The position numbers and the translations under genes were made by a program. Below, in pieces: positions 18,969 to 30,493 of a stretch of DNA of 58,108 nt. Position 1 is the first letter of the stretch; each line of letters starts with the position of its first letter. The DNA lies in assembly GCA_045646465.1 (NCBI GenBank), contig JAZRKT010000114.1:1-58108 (forward strand). Reading direction: 5' to 3'. The notes under the pieces are model-generated. The model saw only the letters and a program-made list of their open reading frames with translations, was not told where the DNA came from and did not search any database. Origin of the DNA: Eubacteriales bacterium. GTDB lineage: Bacteria; Bacillota; Clostridia; Oscillospirales; CAG-382.

Positions 18969-19967
18969 ATGAGTGAAAAAAAGCAAAACAGCTCCTGCAG
19001 ACTAGGAACAGTCGGTGGGCAGGCAGTCCTTGAAGGCGTTATGATGAAGTCGGGCGACAATGTTGCTCTTTCCGTCAGAGGTATGGACGGCAACATTACT
19101 ACCGAAACAAGCACCTTTATATCAAAAAGAAAAAAATACAAAATTCTAGATTTACCCATTATTCGCGGTGTTGTAAATTTTGCTGAATCTATGATTCTCA
19201 GTATGAAAATTCTTAATCGCTCTGCGGATTTACTGGGCATCGAAGAAGAAGAATCAAAGTTCGAAAAATGGCTTTCCCGAGTTTTGGGCAAAAGCGCAGC
19301 GGCAATTGCTTCAGTAATCGGAACGGTACTTGGACTTGCCCTTTCAATATTTTTATTTATGTATCTTCCTTCGGTTATTTCAGACCTGACTGACAGATTT
19401 TACGATGCTCAGTTATTCAAAAGTGCCGTTGAAGGTGTTACAAAAATACTCATCTTTATACTTTATATCGTTCTTGTGGGACTTATTCCTGATATGAAAA
19501 GAGTTTTCCAGTATCACGGTGCCGAGCACAAATCCATTTTCTGTCACGAATCAGGCGACGAGCTTACACCCGAAAACGTAAAGAAGCACTCTCGCTTTCA
19601 TCCACGCTGCGGAACAAGCTTCCTTTTTGTTATGATGTTTCTCAGCATTTTCATTTCTGTTATTTACATTGACCTTCCCCGACTTCCGAGAGTATGCATA
19701 AAGCTTCTTATTCTTCCTCTTATTGTTGGAATCGGTTATGAGTTCATTAAGTTTGCCGGAACACACAACAACATTTTTGTACGTATGCTTTCAGCCCCCG
19801 GCCTTTGGGTACAGAGACTTACCACCAAAGAGCCTGACCTTAAGCAGATTGAGGTTGCAATTGCATCCTTAAAGGCATCACTTCCCGACATATATCCTCA
19901 GGAAAATGCCAAAGAGGAATCAGCACAAAGTGAACGCAATACAGAAAACGAAGCGAAGGAACAGTAG
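18969..19967 (+). CDS. DUF1385-family membrane protein (commonly paired with prmC)
   Basis: GGQAVLEGVMM...YHGAEHK...HPRCGTSF signature plus several transmembrane segments. Directly upstream of prmC. Confidence 0.75.
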   Translation: MSEKKQNSSCRLGTVGGQAVLEGVMMKSGDNVALSVRGMDGNITTETSTFISKRKKYKILDLPIIRGVVNFAESMILSMKILNRSADLLGIEEEESKFEKWLSRVLGKSAAAIASVIGTVLGLALSIFLFMYLPSVISDLTDRFYDAQLFKSAVEGVTKILIFILYIVLVGLIPDMKRVFQYHGAEHKSIFCHESGDELTPENVKKHSRFHPRCGTSFLFVMMFLSIFISVIYIDLPRLPRVCIKLLILPLIVGIGYEFIKFAGTHNNIFVRMLSAPGLWVQRLTTKEPDLKQIEVAIASLKASLPDIYPQENAKEESAQSERNTENEAKEQ

Positions 19968-19978
19968 GCAAAATAAAG

Positions 19979-20812
19979 ATGACTTATAACGAATTTAAAG
20001 CCTTATATTTACCAAGGCTTGAAGAAATATGCACAAATCCCCTGTTTGAGCTTGAATCTCTTATGATGGCTGCAACGGGAATGAAAAAACACGAGCTAAT
20101 ACTTAAAAGAAGCGACATTATCCCCGACCGGTTTACCGACACGCTTATTCAGTTTGTAGACAGAAGAGTAGGCCGTGAGCCTTTACAGTATATTTTAGGC
20201 GAGTGGGAGTTTTTCGGACTTAGAATGTTTTGTGGAAGCGGATGTCTTATACCAAGGCCCGAAACGGAAATGCTTGCGGATATCGCCATAAAGAACATCC
20301 CAAGAAACGGAAAGCTTCTTGATTTATGCACAGGCAGCGGATGTATTCCAATAGCAATACTCAACAACCGTCCAGATGTTACGGCAGTTGCCGTGGACAT
20401 CTCAGAAAGGGCTCTTGAATACGCAAGAAAGAATGCCTCATATCACAACATTTCTTCCGATAGACTGAAATTTATACAGGCAGACATTTATGACTATGTG
20501 CCGGGTGATTTCTTTGACTTTATAGTTTCAAATCCTCCCTACATCAAGTCAGCAGATATCGAAGGTCTGCAGCCTGAGGTTTTACACGAGCCTGTTATTG
20601 CCCTTGACGGCGGTCACGATGGTCTTGAATTTTACAAGCTTATTGCAAAATACTACGCCAAGAAGTATCTCAACGACGGCGGTGTATGTGCGGTTGAAGT
20701 GGGTTTTGATATTGCTGACGAGGTTGCCGCAATTTTTCGTTCACAGAAATTTGATTCATCCATTCTCCGCGACAACTTTGAGGTTGACAGAGTGTGTATT
20801 TCAAAAAAGTAA
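19979..20812 (+). CDS. prmC: Peptide chain release factor N5-glutamine methyltransferase
   Basis: PLQYILGEWEF, the SAM motif LDLCTGSGCI, and the catalytic NPPY (SNPPYI). Confidence 0.9.
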   Translation: MTYNEFKALYLPRLEEICTNPLFELESLMMAATGMKKHELILKRSDIIPDRFTDTLIQFVDRRVGREPLQYILGEWEFFGLRMFCGSGCLIPRPETEMLADIAIKNIPRNGKLLDLCTGSGCIPIAILNNRPDVTAVAVDISERALEYARKNASYHNISSDRLKFIQADIYDYVPGDFFDFIVSNPPYIKSADIEGLQPEVLHEPVIALDGGHDGLEFYKLIAKYYAKKYLNDGGVCAVEVGFDIADEVAAIFRSQKFDSSILRDNFEVDRVCISKK

Positions 20813-20820
20813 ACATCATT

Positions 20821-20863
20821 ACAGGGTTGCAATCACATTTGGACTGCAACCCTGTGTTTTTTA
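20821..20863 (+). terminator. Rho-independent terminator after prmC
   Basis: ACAGGGTTGCA-13 nt-TGCAACCCTGT, a perfect 11-bp stem followed by GTTTTTTATTT. It overlaps the stop codon of the convergent DUF3810 gene. Confidence 0.85.
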
Positions 20864-21964
20864 TTTCATTTTTTCAATATATGCGTGATACAGCTCAATA
20901 ACAAGCCCGTAGCTTTTGACACCTTCATCATTGCCCATCGCTTTTATATAGGTATCATTTACAGTATTTGCCGCTTTTGAAGCTGCAGAGCCCGAATACT
21001 TTTTAAAGAATTTAAAATATGCATACATTTCACCGATAATTCGGCTGTCAGTCTCCCCTACAAGCTGATTATAAAGCTTGACATCATTTTCTAGCGTCTC
21101 ATCGAGATAATAGTCATACATATTCATCATAGCGCTGTATTTTAGGTAATTGTCACCGCTCGCCATACATGCAAGAAACGCCATAAAATTTGCCTCGTCC
21201 TCACTTGCAACACCGCGCTGATGAGCTTTTTCGTGGGCAATTGTAAATGCCACAACATAATCGGGATAATTTGTATTGACATTCGCCTCTCCCGTAAACG
21301 GCATATACATTCCCGAAATGTGAGTATAGGTCATAAGCGATGACAGCATTACGGGCTTTGACTTACCTACCATTTTTGATTTGAACACCGAGCTATCTGA
21401 CAAAGCATCATAGCCTTTATCAACAAGCTTTCCGGTTTCAAAAAAGCTGTGTGGATTTACCGAAGCACCGCCTTTATCAAAATCAACATTATCTGCAAAT
21501 CCGCATAGAACACCGTGAGTGTACAAGGCATCTTTGTAAAGCTCATCCCTATTAAGGATTGTTCTGTTAAGGTCAAGACGTACTTCGAGAGGCTTTGTAA
21601 AATAGCATACTCCGAAAACATTTACGAAAACCGAGAATGCAACAAACAGTACCCCCAAAATGCTCAAAAGAACTTTTTTAATACTAAAACGCTTTTTCAC
21701 AATAGCTCTTACAGCAACCACCAGAGCAAATATTATCGCAAACGGCAACAGCAACAAGCACACTTCGGCAACAGAAAAAGGCAAAAATCCTGTTGCTGCT
21801 GACAGCAAGTAACGCAAAAATACAGATACAGTATCGCTGTACATCTGAGCAAAAGAACTGTTATATACACACAATGCAAGAACAGCCGAAGACAGCAAAA
21901 ATGCCGCTGCGGCTGCTTTAAAAAACATATTGACAGACTTTATATTATTTTTATTTTGTTCCAT
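20861..21964 (-). CDS. DUF3810-like membrane protein with an HExxH zinc-peptidase motif
   Basis: N-terminal transmembrane segments and TIAHEKAHQRG (HExxH). Its ATG at 21964 overlaps the PBP stop (TGATG). Confidence 0.65.
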   Translation of the reverse strand: MEQNKNNIKSVNMFFKAAAAAFLLSSAVLALCVYNSSFAQMYSDTVSVFLRYLLSAATGFLPFSVAEVCLLLLPFAIIFALVVAVRAIVKKRFSIKKVLLSILGVLFVAFSVFVNVFGVCYFTKPLEVRLDLNRTILNRDELYKDALYTHGVLCGFADNVDFDKGGASVNPHSFFETGKLVDKGYDALSDSSVFKSKMVGKSKPVMLSSLMTYTHISGMYMPFTGEANVNTNYPDYVVAFTIAHEKAHQRGVASEDEANFMAFLACMASGDNYLKYSAMMNMYDYYLDETLENDVKLYNQLVGETDSRIIGEMYAYFKFFKKYSGSAASKAANTVNDTYIKAMGNDEGVKSYGLVIELYHAYIEKMK

Positions 21965-24078
21965 CAATCCCGAATATTACCTCCATTTTCGGCTGATAAA
22001 CCGGTATTTTCATCAAGGGAACTGAAATAGTGGTCAAACACAGCCTTTGCTACCTCTGTCGCCCTGCTGCTCTTATCGCCGTTTTCTACAACAACTGACA
22101 CAACAATTTCAGGCTTATCATAAGGAGCAAATCCCACAAACAAGGCCGTATCGCTTCCCTTTCCCATCTGTGCCGTACCTGTTTTACCGCCCACCTCATA
22201 TTCATAATCATCAAAAACAGTTCTTGCCGTACCGTCAACAACAACCGATTTCATTGCGCTTTTAAGAACGTCAATATGCGCATATGGTATATCTATTTTG
22301 TCAAGCACCGTAGGCACATTATCGTATATCACTTCACCAGTATAGTAGTCAACAACGCTGTCAAGAAGTGTTGCCTTATATCTTATACCTCCGTTTACAA
22401 CGGTACTCATATATGCGCAAAGCTGAAGGGGTGTAAATGCATTATCCGACTGTCCGATAGCTGCCTGCAGAGTATCACCGGGATTCCACAGAAGTCCTAT
22501 TTTATCACGGTATTCGGGGCCTGCAAGAATTCCTGTATATTCGGGAACTTCAATTCCAGTTTTTGTGCCAAGACCAAGCTTTGAAGCATACTCGGTAAGC
22601 GTATCAATTCCCATTCTGTCGCCAAGCTCATAGAAGAAATAGTTACAGGAGTTTTCAATTGCCCCCCTAACATCAACAAAGCCGTGTGTTCCGCCTGTAT
22701 TATCATATATCCAGCAATGAGGCTCATAGTCGGGGTATTTAACATAAACACCCGCGTCATAGATAAGGGTATTCTCATTGATAGTACCCGAGCAGAGACC
22801 TGCTATTGACGAGGCAATCTTATAGGTTGAGCCGGGCGGATACATACCCTGAGTCGCTCTGTTAAGCAAAGGAGAGGATTCGTCAGATGCAAGTTTATTG
22901 AAATCCTTTGAAAAAGTATTAAGGTTATAATAGGGATAGCTTGCGCTGACAAGCACTTTTCCTGTATTTGCATCCATAACCACAACGCTTCCCGCATCAC
23001 AGTCTTCGCCGTTATTGGGTATTATATCAGCCATTCCAAGAGAACGGGCATAAAGAATCTGCTGTTCAAGTGCCTTTTCAGCAGCGCTTTGCATATCAGC
23101 ATCTATTGTAAGATTTACGGCATATCCGTTTTGCGTTTCTTTTATTATTTCCTCGCCGACTATATTATTATTCTCATCAAGCTCAATTTGCTTATATCCG
23201 TCAAAGCCGTGTAGATAGTCTTCAAATGCTTTCTCCGCACCGTCTTTGCCGATTATTGAGTCATAATCATAGCCTTTATTTACAACAAAGGTTTCGGTCT
23301 CCTCAGCAGATATTTTACCTGTTGTACCGAGAATATGACAGGCAAGGCTGTCGTAGTTATAGTGGCGGGAATCCGTTTCAGTTATTTCAATACCGTGCAT
23401 TGTATGAAGGCTTTCGGCAAATAGAACCCTTGTCGCTTCATCAATATCGTTTAGGACGGTATAGGTATGAAGAAACTCAAAATCGTTTGTTTCCATATCA
23501 TATCTCAATCCTACAAGCTTACGGTATATACTGTCATCACGGTTTTCTTCGGAAATCCTGTATTTTTTACAGAGGAGATTATACAGGCTGTCTTCTTTTC
23601 CAAAAACCTCTGATTCTTTATACTGGTTATTTGAAATAAATTTCTTAAGCTTCTTTTCCTTGTCGGAATCGAAAATATATTCATTATCAAGCACATAAGG
23701 ATAAACCGACGACACAGGAAGCTTATCTATCAGCTGAACGTTATGGCGCATACAGAATTTTATAAATTCAAGCAATGTGGTATTATAGTCACTATTATCG
23801 AGAGTTGCCTTGTTGATTGTTATATTATACTGCTTTTTATTTGAAACAAGCAGGTTTCCTTTTCTGTCAAATATCTGTCCCCTGCTCATTTCAAGTCTTT
23901 GCTGACGATAGGTTTTAGGTACCGCCATTGATGAATAGTAATCCTTTTCAATAACCTGCAGCTGAAAAAGGCGTACAAAAAACAGAAGGACAACTACTCC
24001 AAAAAGCACAGCTATAGCCGTTATTCTCAGCATATCTATACTTTTATTAAGTGATCTTTTATCCTTCTGCTTAAACAT
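21964..24078 (-). CDS. Class B penicillin-binding protein (PBP2-type transpeptidase)
   Basis: N-terminal transmembrane anchor. Active-site motifs STYK (SxxK), SCN (SxN) and KTGTA. Confidence 0.9.
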   Translation of the reverse strand: MFKQKDKRSLNKSIDMLRITAIAVLFGVVVLLFFVRLFQLQVIEKDYYSSMAVPKTYRQQRLEMSRGQIFDRKGNLLVSNKKQYNITINKATLDNSDYNTTLLEFIKFCMRHNVQLIDKLPVSSVYPYVLDNEYIFDSDKEKKLKKFISNNQYKESEVFGKEDSLYNLLCKKYRISEENRDDSIYRKLVGLRYDMETNDFEFLHTYTVLNDIDEATRVLFAESLHTMHGIEITETDSRHYNYDSLACHILGTTGKISAEETETFVVNKGYDYDSIIGKDGAEKAFEDYLHGFDGYKQIELDENNNIVGEEIIKETQNGYAVNLTIDADMQSAAEKALEQQILYARSLGMADIIPNNGEDCDAGSVVVMDANTGKVLVSASYPYYNLNTFSKDFNKLASDESSPLLNRATQGMYPPGSTYKIASSIAGLCSGTINENTLIYDAGVYVKYPDYEPHCWIYDNTGGTHGFVDVRGAIENSCNYFFYELGDRMGIDTLTEYASKLGLGTKTGIEVPEYTGILAGPEYRDKIGLLWNPGDTLQAAIGQSDNAFTPLQLCAYMSTVVNGGIRYKATLLDSVVDYYTGEVIYDNVPTVLDKIDIPYAHIDVLKSAMKSVVVDGTARTVFDDYEYEVGGKTGTAQMGKGSDTALFVGFAPYDKPEIVVSVVVENGDKSSRATEVAKAVFDHYFSSLDENTGLSAENGGNIRD

Positions 24079-24097
24079 AATAAATTCTCCGCTTCAA

Positions 24098-24781
24098 TTA
24101 AAGGTTTGCTATCATATTCTTTGCCGTAAAGCAAGCACGCTTTGCCGCAATTGCCGCCATTTCGTTAAATGACATATCGGCGTGCTCATCGGCATTATCG
24201 CTCATTGCACGGATAACTACAAAGGGTACATTATTAAGTACGCAAACGTGGGCAACTGCCGCGCCCTCCATTTCTGTACAAAGCGCGCCGTAATCTTCTC
24301 TAAGACGTTTTACCGTTTCGCTGTCTTCCACGAATTGGTCACCTGTTACAATCATACCGATGCCGTAGTTAAAGTCTTTATCCTGCTTGCCAAGCTCCTT
24401 ACAAGCGATTTCACAAAGCTGCATAAGCTTTTTATCAGCCTTGAACACCGACGTATAGGGGCTGTACTTATCAAGACAGTCAATGGGATAAAAATCGTGG
24501 TATGTAAGAGTATCCGAAATTACAACGTCACACACGCCAAGTTCACGTGTAACACAGCCTGCGACGCCGGAATTTATCACGCAGTCAACGCCAAAAAGGT
24601 CGATAAGTCGCTGGGTATTTGCCGCCGCATTTACTTTACCGACGCCAACCAAGCTAATATAAACCTCGTGACTGCAGTATTCACCTTTAAAAACACCCTT
24701 TATATTTGTTTCACTTGCTCTGAAATCACGACAAAACTCCTCGATTTCGCAGTCAAGCGCACCGATTATTCCTATTTTCAT
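24098..24781 (-). CDS. mtnN: 5'-methylthioadenosine/S-adenosylhomocysteine nucleosidase
   Basis: MKIGIIGALDCEI..., SGVAG, TEMEGAAVAHV and RAMSD motifs of the Pfs/MtnN family. Confidence 0.88.
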   Translation of the reverse strand: MKIGIIGALDCEIEEFCRDFRASETNIKGVFKGEYCSHEVYISLVGVGKVNAAANTQRLIDLFGVDCVINSGVAGCVTRELGVCDVVISDTLTYHDFYPIDCLDKYSPYTSVFKADKKLMQLCEIACKELGKQDKDFNYGIGMIVTGDQFVEDSETVKRLREDYGALCTEMEGAAVAHVCVLNNVPFVVIRAMSDNADEHADMSFNEMAAIAAKRACFTAKNMIANL

Positions 24782-24793
24782 ATTTTTTCACCA

Positions 24794-26065
24794 TTAGTCA
24801 AGATAGTCACGAAGTCTCTTTGAACGGCTGGGATGACGAAGCTTACGAAGAGCCTTTGCTTCAATCTGTCTGATACGCTCACGGGTGATCTTGAACACCT
24901 CGCCCACTTCTTCAAGTGTACGTGTTCTGCCGTCTTCAAGTCCGAATCTGAGCTTAAGAACGTGTTCTTCTCTGGGTGTAAGAGTATGAAGTACCTCGCA
25001 AAGCTGCTCTCTGAGAAGTGTATAAGAAGCCGCCTCTGCAGGTGCAGGAGCATCATCATCGGGAATAAAGTCGCCAAGGTGGCTGTCTTCTTCTTCACCG
25101 ATAGGTGTTTCAAGGCTGACAGGCTCCTGAGCAAGCTTCATAATATCTCTTACCTTTTCAACACTCATATTCATTTTAGCAGCAATTTCTTCCGTTGAAG
25201 CCTCGTGTCCAAGCTCCTGAAGCAGCTGTCTTGATACTCTGAGCACCTTATTGATGGTTTCAACCATATGAACAGGAATTCTGATAGTTCTTGCCTGGTC
25301 TGCAATAGCTCTTGTAATCGCCTGTCTTATCCACCAAGTAGGATAGGTGGAGAACTTATAGCCCTTGGTATAATCAAACTTTTCAACAGCCTTCATAAGA
25401 CCGAGGTTACCCTCCTGAATAAGGTCAAGGAAGAACATACCTCTGCCCACATATCTCTTTGCAATACTTACAACAAGTCTGAGGTTACTTTCAACAAGCT
25501 TCCGCTTTGCACTTTCATCTCCCTGCGCCATTTTTTCCGCAAGTGCAAGCTCTTCTTCGGTATTAAGAAGGTCAACCTTACCGATTTCCTTAAGATACAT
25601 TTTGACAGGGTCATCAATAATAAGACCGTCCTGACCGAGAACAGACTCATTTTCATCGTCTGCTTCATAGCCGTCAAGGGCATCTACATTTGCAAGTCCC
25701 GCTTCAAGCTCGCTGAAGTTATCGTCGGTGTAGCCTGTTACCTCAATGCCCAGGTTTTCAATTGTTTCCATAAGCTTTTCCATATTTTCAACGTCAAGCT
25801 CTTCTTCATCAAGAACTTCAAGAATTTCTTCATTGGTAAGCGAGCCTTTGGCTTTACCCTTTTCAAGAAGCTCCTGAATGTCGTTTTTCTTCTTGGGCTG
25901 TGCTTCTGATGCGCCTTCAACTGCATCCTTCTTGGAAGCACGTGTTCTCTTTTTCTTTTCGGGCTTTGCCGCCTCTTCGGTATTTTCCGCAGTTACTTCA
26001 GCACAGGTCATTTCTTCCTTTTCAACTACTTCAAGGTTTTCTGCAGTTTCCTTTATCTTAGCCAT
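24794..26065 (-). CDS. rpoD: Primary RNA polymerase sigma factor (sigma-70/SigA)
   Basis: Conserved regions 1.2 to 4.2 ([57 protein letters not shown]). The start is set at ATG 26065 (MAKIKE). Confidence 0.95.
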   Translation of the reverse strand: MAKIKETAENLEVVEKEEMTCAEVTAENTEEAAKPEKKKRTRASKKDAVEGASEAQPKKKNDIQELLEKGKAKGSLTNEEILEVLDEEELDVENMEKLMETIENLGIEVTGYTDDNFSELEAGLANVDALDGYEADDENESVLGQDGLIIDDPVKMYLKEIGKVDLLNTEEELALAEKMAQGDESAKRKLVESNLRLVVSIAKRYVGRGMFFLDLIQEGNLGLMKAVEKFDYTKGYKFSTYPTWWIRQAITRAIADQARTIRIPVHMVETINKVLRVSRQLLQELGHEASTEEIAAKMNMSVEKVRDIMKLAQEPVSLETPIGEEEDSHLGDFIPDDDAPAPAEAASYTLLREQLCEVLHTLTPREEHVLKLRFGLEDGRTRTLEEVGEVFKITRERIRQIEAKALRKLRHPSRSKRLRDYLD

Positions 26066-26106
26066 ATGAATTATCCTTTCTGGCGCCAACTTTATGACGT
26101 CATACA

Positions 26107-27924
26107 TTATTTTTCCGTTTTATTATCAACGACACCTTTATCCTTCTTTGCTCTTTGTATAATACTTAAAAGGTCATCGTCGGAATCTATGTTTTTCCGT
26201 ACCGTAGTAAGCCTCATCTTTTCCTTTTTCAGCGCCGTTATTTGCTCATTGAGCACCTTGGTGCCGTTTGATACAAGCTCCTGACGTCTGAATTTCATAT
26301 CGAAAATTCTTGACACCTCATCAGGTGTAAAGCTTTCGTTAAGGCTCGACAAATCGGTTATGTTTTCTTTATACAAATCTGTAACTGCCGTAAATACGCG
26401 TCTGCTAAAATCTGTTACAAAATCCTCCGGCAAAATTGCATCGCACCTGGAATATTCCTCGGGGAACATCATTATGATGCCGAGAATACGTTCTTCAATT
26501 TCAACCGCAACGGGACAGGAAACAGCTTCGGGATTTATTTTGTCGTCAAAATGGAGCGTTTTCTTCTGAACGCTTTCGCGGCGTGCAAAACTTTCCTGCT
26601 TTTGGGCTTTTCGTTTTCCCTTGCTGATTTTTGCATTTATGCTGTCTGCCTTGACGTCTGTAAGCTGAGAAAGTCTCTGCACATAAATATCCCGTTTTAC
26701 TTCAGAATAAATAGCGGCTATAACATTACAGCATTCATCAACGGCTCTCAGCTTTTCGTCAGGATTTGAAAGATTATACTTTGACAGTATTCCGTTAAGC
26801 TTAAAATCAATCTGTCCGACAGAGCCTGTAAGTAAATTTTTATAGCTCTCAGCTCCGAACTTTTTAATATACTCATCAGGGTCCTTTGCACCATCCATCT
26901 TTATTATCTTGGTTTCAACGCCCACTTCATTGAGCATTGTCATTGCTTTATCAGCGGCTTTTCTTCCCGCTTCATCGCTGTCATATGCAAGATAAGCTCT
27001 TTTGGCATAGCGTGACACCACTCTTGCATGCTCGCTTGTAATTGCGGTACCAAGCGTTGCAACGGCATTTGTAAAGCCTGCCTGATGCATTGCAATAACA
27101 TCCATATATCCTTCACAAAGAATGATTTCTCCCGCCTTAACAAGATTACTTTCTACATTTCCCAAAAGTACATTTTTTGCAAAATTCAAAGAAAAAAGAT
27201 TTTTGCCTTTTCTAAACACCACCGTATCCGACGAGTTAAGATACTTTGGCTTTGAGTCATCCATAACACGTCCGCCGAAAGCTATTACGTTACCCGAAGT
27301 ATCAATTATGGGAAACATTACACGGTTTCTGAACATATCAAAAGGTTTTCCGCTTTTCTGCGATATACCGCAAAGGAAGTTTTCTTTTATTTCATCCTTT
27401 GTATAGCCCATATCGGTCAACTTATTATAAAGGTCATAAAAATCGTTTTTTGCATATCCAAGCCCGAAGCGCTTAATGGTGCTTTTTGATAGCTGACGGG
27501 ATAAAAGATATTCAAGTGCTTCCTTACCGTCTTGTGACATAAGGTTTTCGTGGAAAATCCTTGCAGTTGCCTTATTCATTGAAAAAGCGCGTTCACGGGA
27601 AAGCTTGGGCTTTTCAGCATTGGAATATTTACGTTCTTCCTGTGGTACAGTCATACCGCACCTGTCGGCAAGAAAACTAACAGCATCTCTGTAATCAAGA
27701 TTTTCAATCTGCATTACAAAGGTTATTACATCTCCTCCTGCTGAACAGCCAAAGCAATGGTAATTGTCCTCAAACACCGTAAATGACGGAGTTTTTTCAC
27801 TATGAAACGGGCATCTTCCCACAAGGTTCCGCCCGGCTCTTTTTAGTTCAACATACCGTCCGATTACATCCTGTATCGGCGAACGCATTTTAAGCTCCTG
27901 TATAAATCCCTGAGGGTAAGCCAT
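26107..27924 (-). CDS. dnaG: DNA primase
   Basis: Zinc finger [15 protein letters not shown] and a TOPRIM domain (EGYMDVI...DSDEAG). GGAGG ribosome-binding site. Confidence 0.95.
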   Translation of the reverse strand: MAYPQGFIQELKMRSPIQDVIGRYVELKRAGRNLVGRCPFHSEKTPSFTVFEDNYHCFGCSAGGDVITFVMQIENLDYRDAVSFLADRCGMTVPQEERKYSNAEKPKLSRERAFSMNKATARIFHENLMSQDGKEALEYLLSRQLSKSTIKRFGLGYAKNDFYDLYNKLTDMGYTKDEIKENFLCGISQKSGKPFDMFRNRVMFPIIDTSGNVIAFGGRVMDDSKPKYLNSSDTVVFRKGKNLFSLNFAKNVLLGNVESNLVKAGEIILCEGYMDVIAMHQAGFTNAVATLGTAITSEHARVVSRYAKRAYLAYDSDEAGRKAADKAMTMLNEVGVETKIIKMDGAKDPDEYIKKFGAESYKNLLTGSVGQIDFKLNGILSKYNLSNPDEKLRAVDECCNVIAAIYSEVKRDIYVQRLSQLTDVKADSINAKISKGKRKAQKQESFARRESVQKKTLHFDDKINPEAVSCPVAVEIEERILGIIMMFPEEYSRCDAILPEDFVTDFSRRVFTAVTDLYKENITDLSSLNESFTPDEVSRIFDMKFRRQELVSNGTKVLNEQITALKKEKMRLTTVRKNIDSDDDLLSIIQRAKKDKGVVDNKTEK

Positions 27925-27954
27925 ACGTCCACCTCCTTACAGATGTAAATTCGG

Positions 27955-28986
27955 CTAAATAATTGCCCACTTTTTGGGTACAAACAGGTTTTCAAAGGTC
28001 TGTACGGCGTATCTGTCCGTCATACAGCCAAGATAGTCACAAATCGTTCTTTCAAGGCTTGTGTTATAGTCAAGATTCTTTCTGTATTCAAAAGGAATTT
28101 TTTCAGGATTTCTGAAGAAATAGTCATACATTCTGTTTATCATATCGCATGCCTTGGTTTCTTCGCTTTTGGCAACGGGATTAAAGTAAACGTTATCAAA
28201 CAGAAATTGGCGCAGAGCCATAGTGCTTTCATAAATATCGGCTTCAAGCTCTACTTTAGAAACGCCTTTTTCAAAGTTTTTGTTTGTAGCCCGTATGACA
28301 CTTTTTACCATTGTATCGATTCTTTGAGAGTGGTTATCTCCAAGCACTGCACGTATACCGAAGGGTATATCTACGGCACTGAGAACACCTGCACGTATTG
28401 CGTCATCGATGTCGTGGTTTATGTATGCAATTCTGTCTGCAATTTTAATGATATTGCCTTCAGCGGTTATTGCATCATTTTTACCTGTATGGCAGACAAT
28501 TCCGTCTCTTACCTCTTTTGTAAGATTAAGTCCTTTGCCTTCTCGCTCAATAATCTCAACAACACGAAGGCTTTGCACGTTATGCCGAAAGCCTTCGGGG
28601 CAAAGCTTATCAAGCTCTCTTTCTCCTGCGTGACCGAAGGGTGTATGTCCAAGGTCGTGACCGAGTGCGATGGCTTCCGTCAAATCCTCATTAAGTCTTA
28701 ACGCTCTTGCAATTGTTCTGCCAATCTGAGACACTTCAAGAGTATGTGTAAGACGAGTTCTGTAATGGTCCCCCTCGGGACTTAGGAAGCATTGTGTTTT
28801 ATGCATAAGTCGGCGGAAGGATTTAGAGTGAATAATTCTGTCTCTATCTCGCATAAAAACCGTTCTGATATCGTCCTGGCTATCTTCTTCAAGCCGTTCT
28901 CTTCCCAGAGATTTTGATGAAAGAGCCGCAAATTCGCACAATCCAACCTCTGTGATTGAAGCAATACCGTTATAAGACTGCGACAT
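27955..28986 (-). CDS. dgt: dGTP triphosphohydrolase-like HD-domain protein
   Basis: FMRDRDRIIHSKSFRRL..., THTLEV and GHDLGHTPFGH motifs. Conserved position upstream of dnaG-rpoD. Confidence 0.88.
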   Translation of the reverse strand: MSQSYNGIASITEVGLCEFAALSSKSLGRERLEEDSQDDIRTVFMRDRDRIIHSKSFRRLMHKTQCFLSPEGDHYRTRLTHTLEVSQIGRTIARALRLNEDLTEAIALGHDLGHTPFGHAGERELDKLCPEGFRHNVQSLRVVEIIEREGKGLNLTKEVRDGIVCHTGKNDAITAEGNIIKIADRIAYINHDIDDAIRAGVLSAVDIPFGIRAVLGDNHSQRIDTMVKSVIRATNKNFEKGVSKVELEADIYESTMALRQFLFDNVYFNPVAKSEETKACDMINRMYDYFFRNPEKIPFEYRKNLDYNTSLERTICDYLGCMTDRYAVQTFENLFVPKKWAII

Positions 28987-29080
28987 AACATCAACTCCTT
29001 ATACATTATATATACAAAAATAATTGCAAAAACACTTTTTTTATTTTTCTTTTTTCGACCAATTTACAAATTATTTTTAT

Positions 29081-30430
29081 TTAGTCTTCAACAACATATT
29101 CTTTATACCTTCCGAGACTTTTGCCGTCTACAATCGCTTCAACGCAAACGCCGTTATCGGCATAATCGACCGACTGCACAGTAGCATCTGTATAAAGTGC
29201 ATTTACCGCAGACTGCTTATCAAATGGAAAGAGGAATTTAACAAGTCTTTTTGATTTTGCAAGCTCCTCGTCAAGCATTGTGAGAAGATTGTCAACTCCA
29301 TAACCGTCTTTTGCGGAAATGCAAACCGTTCCCCTGCTCTTAAGCTCCGAAAAAGACGGAACGGTTTCAAGTCTGTCACATTTATTAAAGACATAAATTG
29401 TCGGCTTATCGGAGCATTCAAGCTGAGAGAGAATTTCCTCTGTAACCTTAGTTTTCTCCGAGGCATTTTCATCAGAAGCATCAACCACTATAAGCACAAT
29501 ATCAGCGTATCTTACTTCATCAAGTGTGGATTTAAACGCCTCTACAAGTCCGTGAGGAAGTCTGCTGATAAAGCCTACTGTATCAGACAAAAGAAGTGTC
29601 CGTCCCGACGGAAGTGACATTTTGCGTACTGTCGGGTCAAGTGTTGCAAAAAGCTTATCCTCGGCAAGAATATTGGCATTGGTAAGATAATTGAGAAGTG
29701 TGGACTTGCCAGCATTGGTATAGCCCGAAATTACGGCAAGAGGTACATTACTTTTAATTCTCTTACTGCGCTTGACGCTTCTTTCCTTTTCCATTTCCTC
29801 AAGTGCTTTTTTCAAAGCAAGAATACGTCTTTGAATATGGCGTCTGTCTGTTTCAAGCTTTGTTTCACCTGGACCTCTTGCACCGATTGAGCCGCTTGTA
29901 CCGCCCTGACGGGACATATTTATACCGTTACCGGTAAGACGGGGTGCTGTATACTTAAGCTGTGCAATTTCAACCTGAAGCTTGCCCTCGCCTGTTACGG
30001 CGTGCTTGGCAAAAATGTCGAGAATAAGCATTGTTCTGTCGATAACCTTGACGTTTCCTCTTTTGCTTTCTTCAAAGCAGTTATTGATTTCCTTTTCAAG
30101 ATTACGTATCTGGCTGGGTGATAGCTCACTGTCAACAACCACCAGCGAAACATCATTATCGGCACATATTTTTCCTGCTTCTATTGCTTTACCGTAGCCG
30201 ATAAAGGTAGCAGGATCGGGCGAAGGACGGCACTGCATCATCCTGAAGAGTTTTGAGTTTTCGGCATCCTCGCCTATTGATGTTTCTGCAAGCTGTCGAA
30301 GCTCATCAAGAGAATCCTCACAGGCTTGCGCTTTTGAATTATCGTGATACAGCGATAAAAGCAGTACATTTACGCGGCTTTTGTTTTCGGTTTCATACAC
30401 TTTATCAGGAGTATTTTCTGAAATATTCAA
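29081..30430 (-). CDS. hflX: GTPase HflX
   Basis: HflX N-terminal domain, then GYTNAGKST, DTVGFI and NKCD G-motifs. TTG start with GGAGG 8 nt upstream. Confidence 0.9.
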   Translation of the reverse strand: MNISENTPDKVYETENKSRVNVLLLSLYHDNSKAQACEDSLDELRQLAETSIGEDAENSKLFRMMQCRPSPDPATFIGYGKAIEAGKICADNDVSLVVVDSELSPSQIRNLEKEINNCFEESKRGNVKVIDRTMLILDIFAKHAVTGEGKLQVEIAQLKYTAPRLTGNGINMSRQGGTSGSIGARGPGETKLETDRRHIQRRILALKKALEEMEKERSVKRSKRIKSNVPLAVISGYTNAGKSTLLNYLTNANILAEDKLFATLDPTVRKMSLPSGRTLLLSDTVGFISRLPHGLVEAFKSTLDEVRYADIVLIVVDASDENASEKTKVTEEILSQLECSDKPTIYVFNKCDRLETVPSFSELKSRGTVCISAKDGYGVDNLLTMLDEELAKSKRLVKFLFPFDKQSAVNALYTDATVQSVDYADNGVCVEAIVDGKSLGRYKEYVVED

Positions 30431-30493
30431 TGTTTGTACCTCCTTCGTTATTTTAAAAGCTTAGGTGCATATAATAAATCAAGGGGTGTTTAT

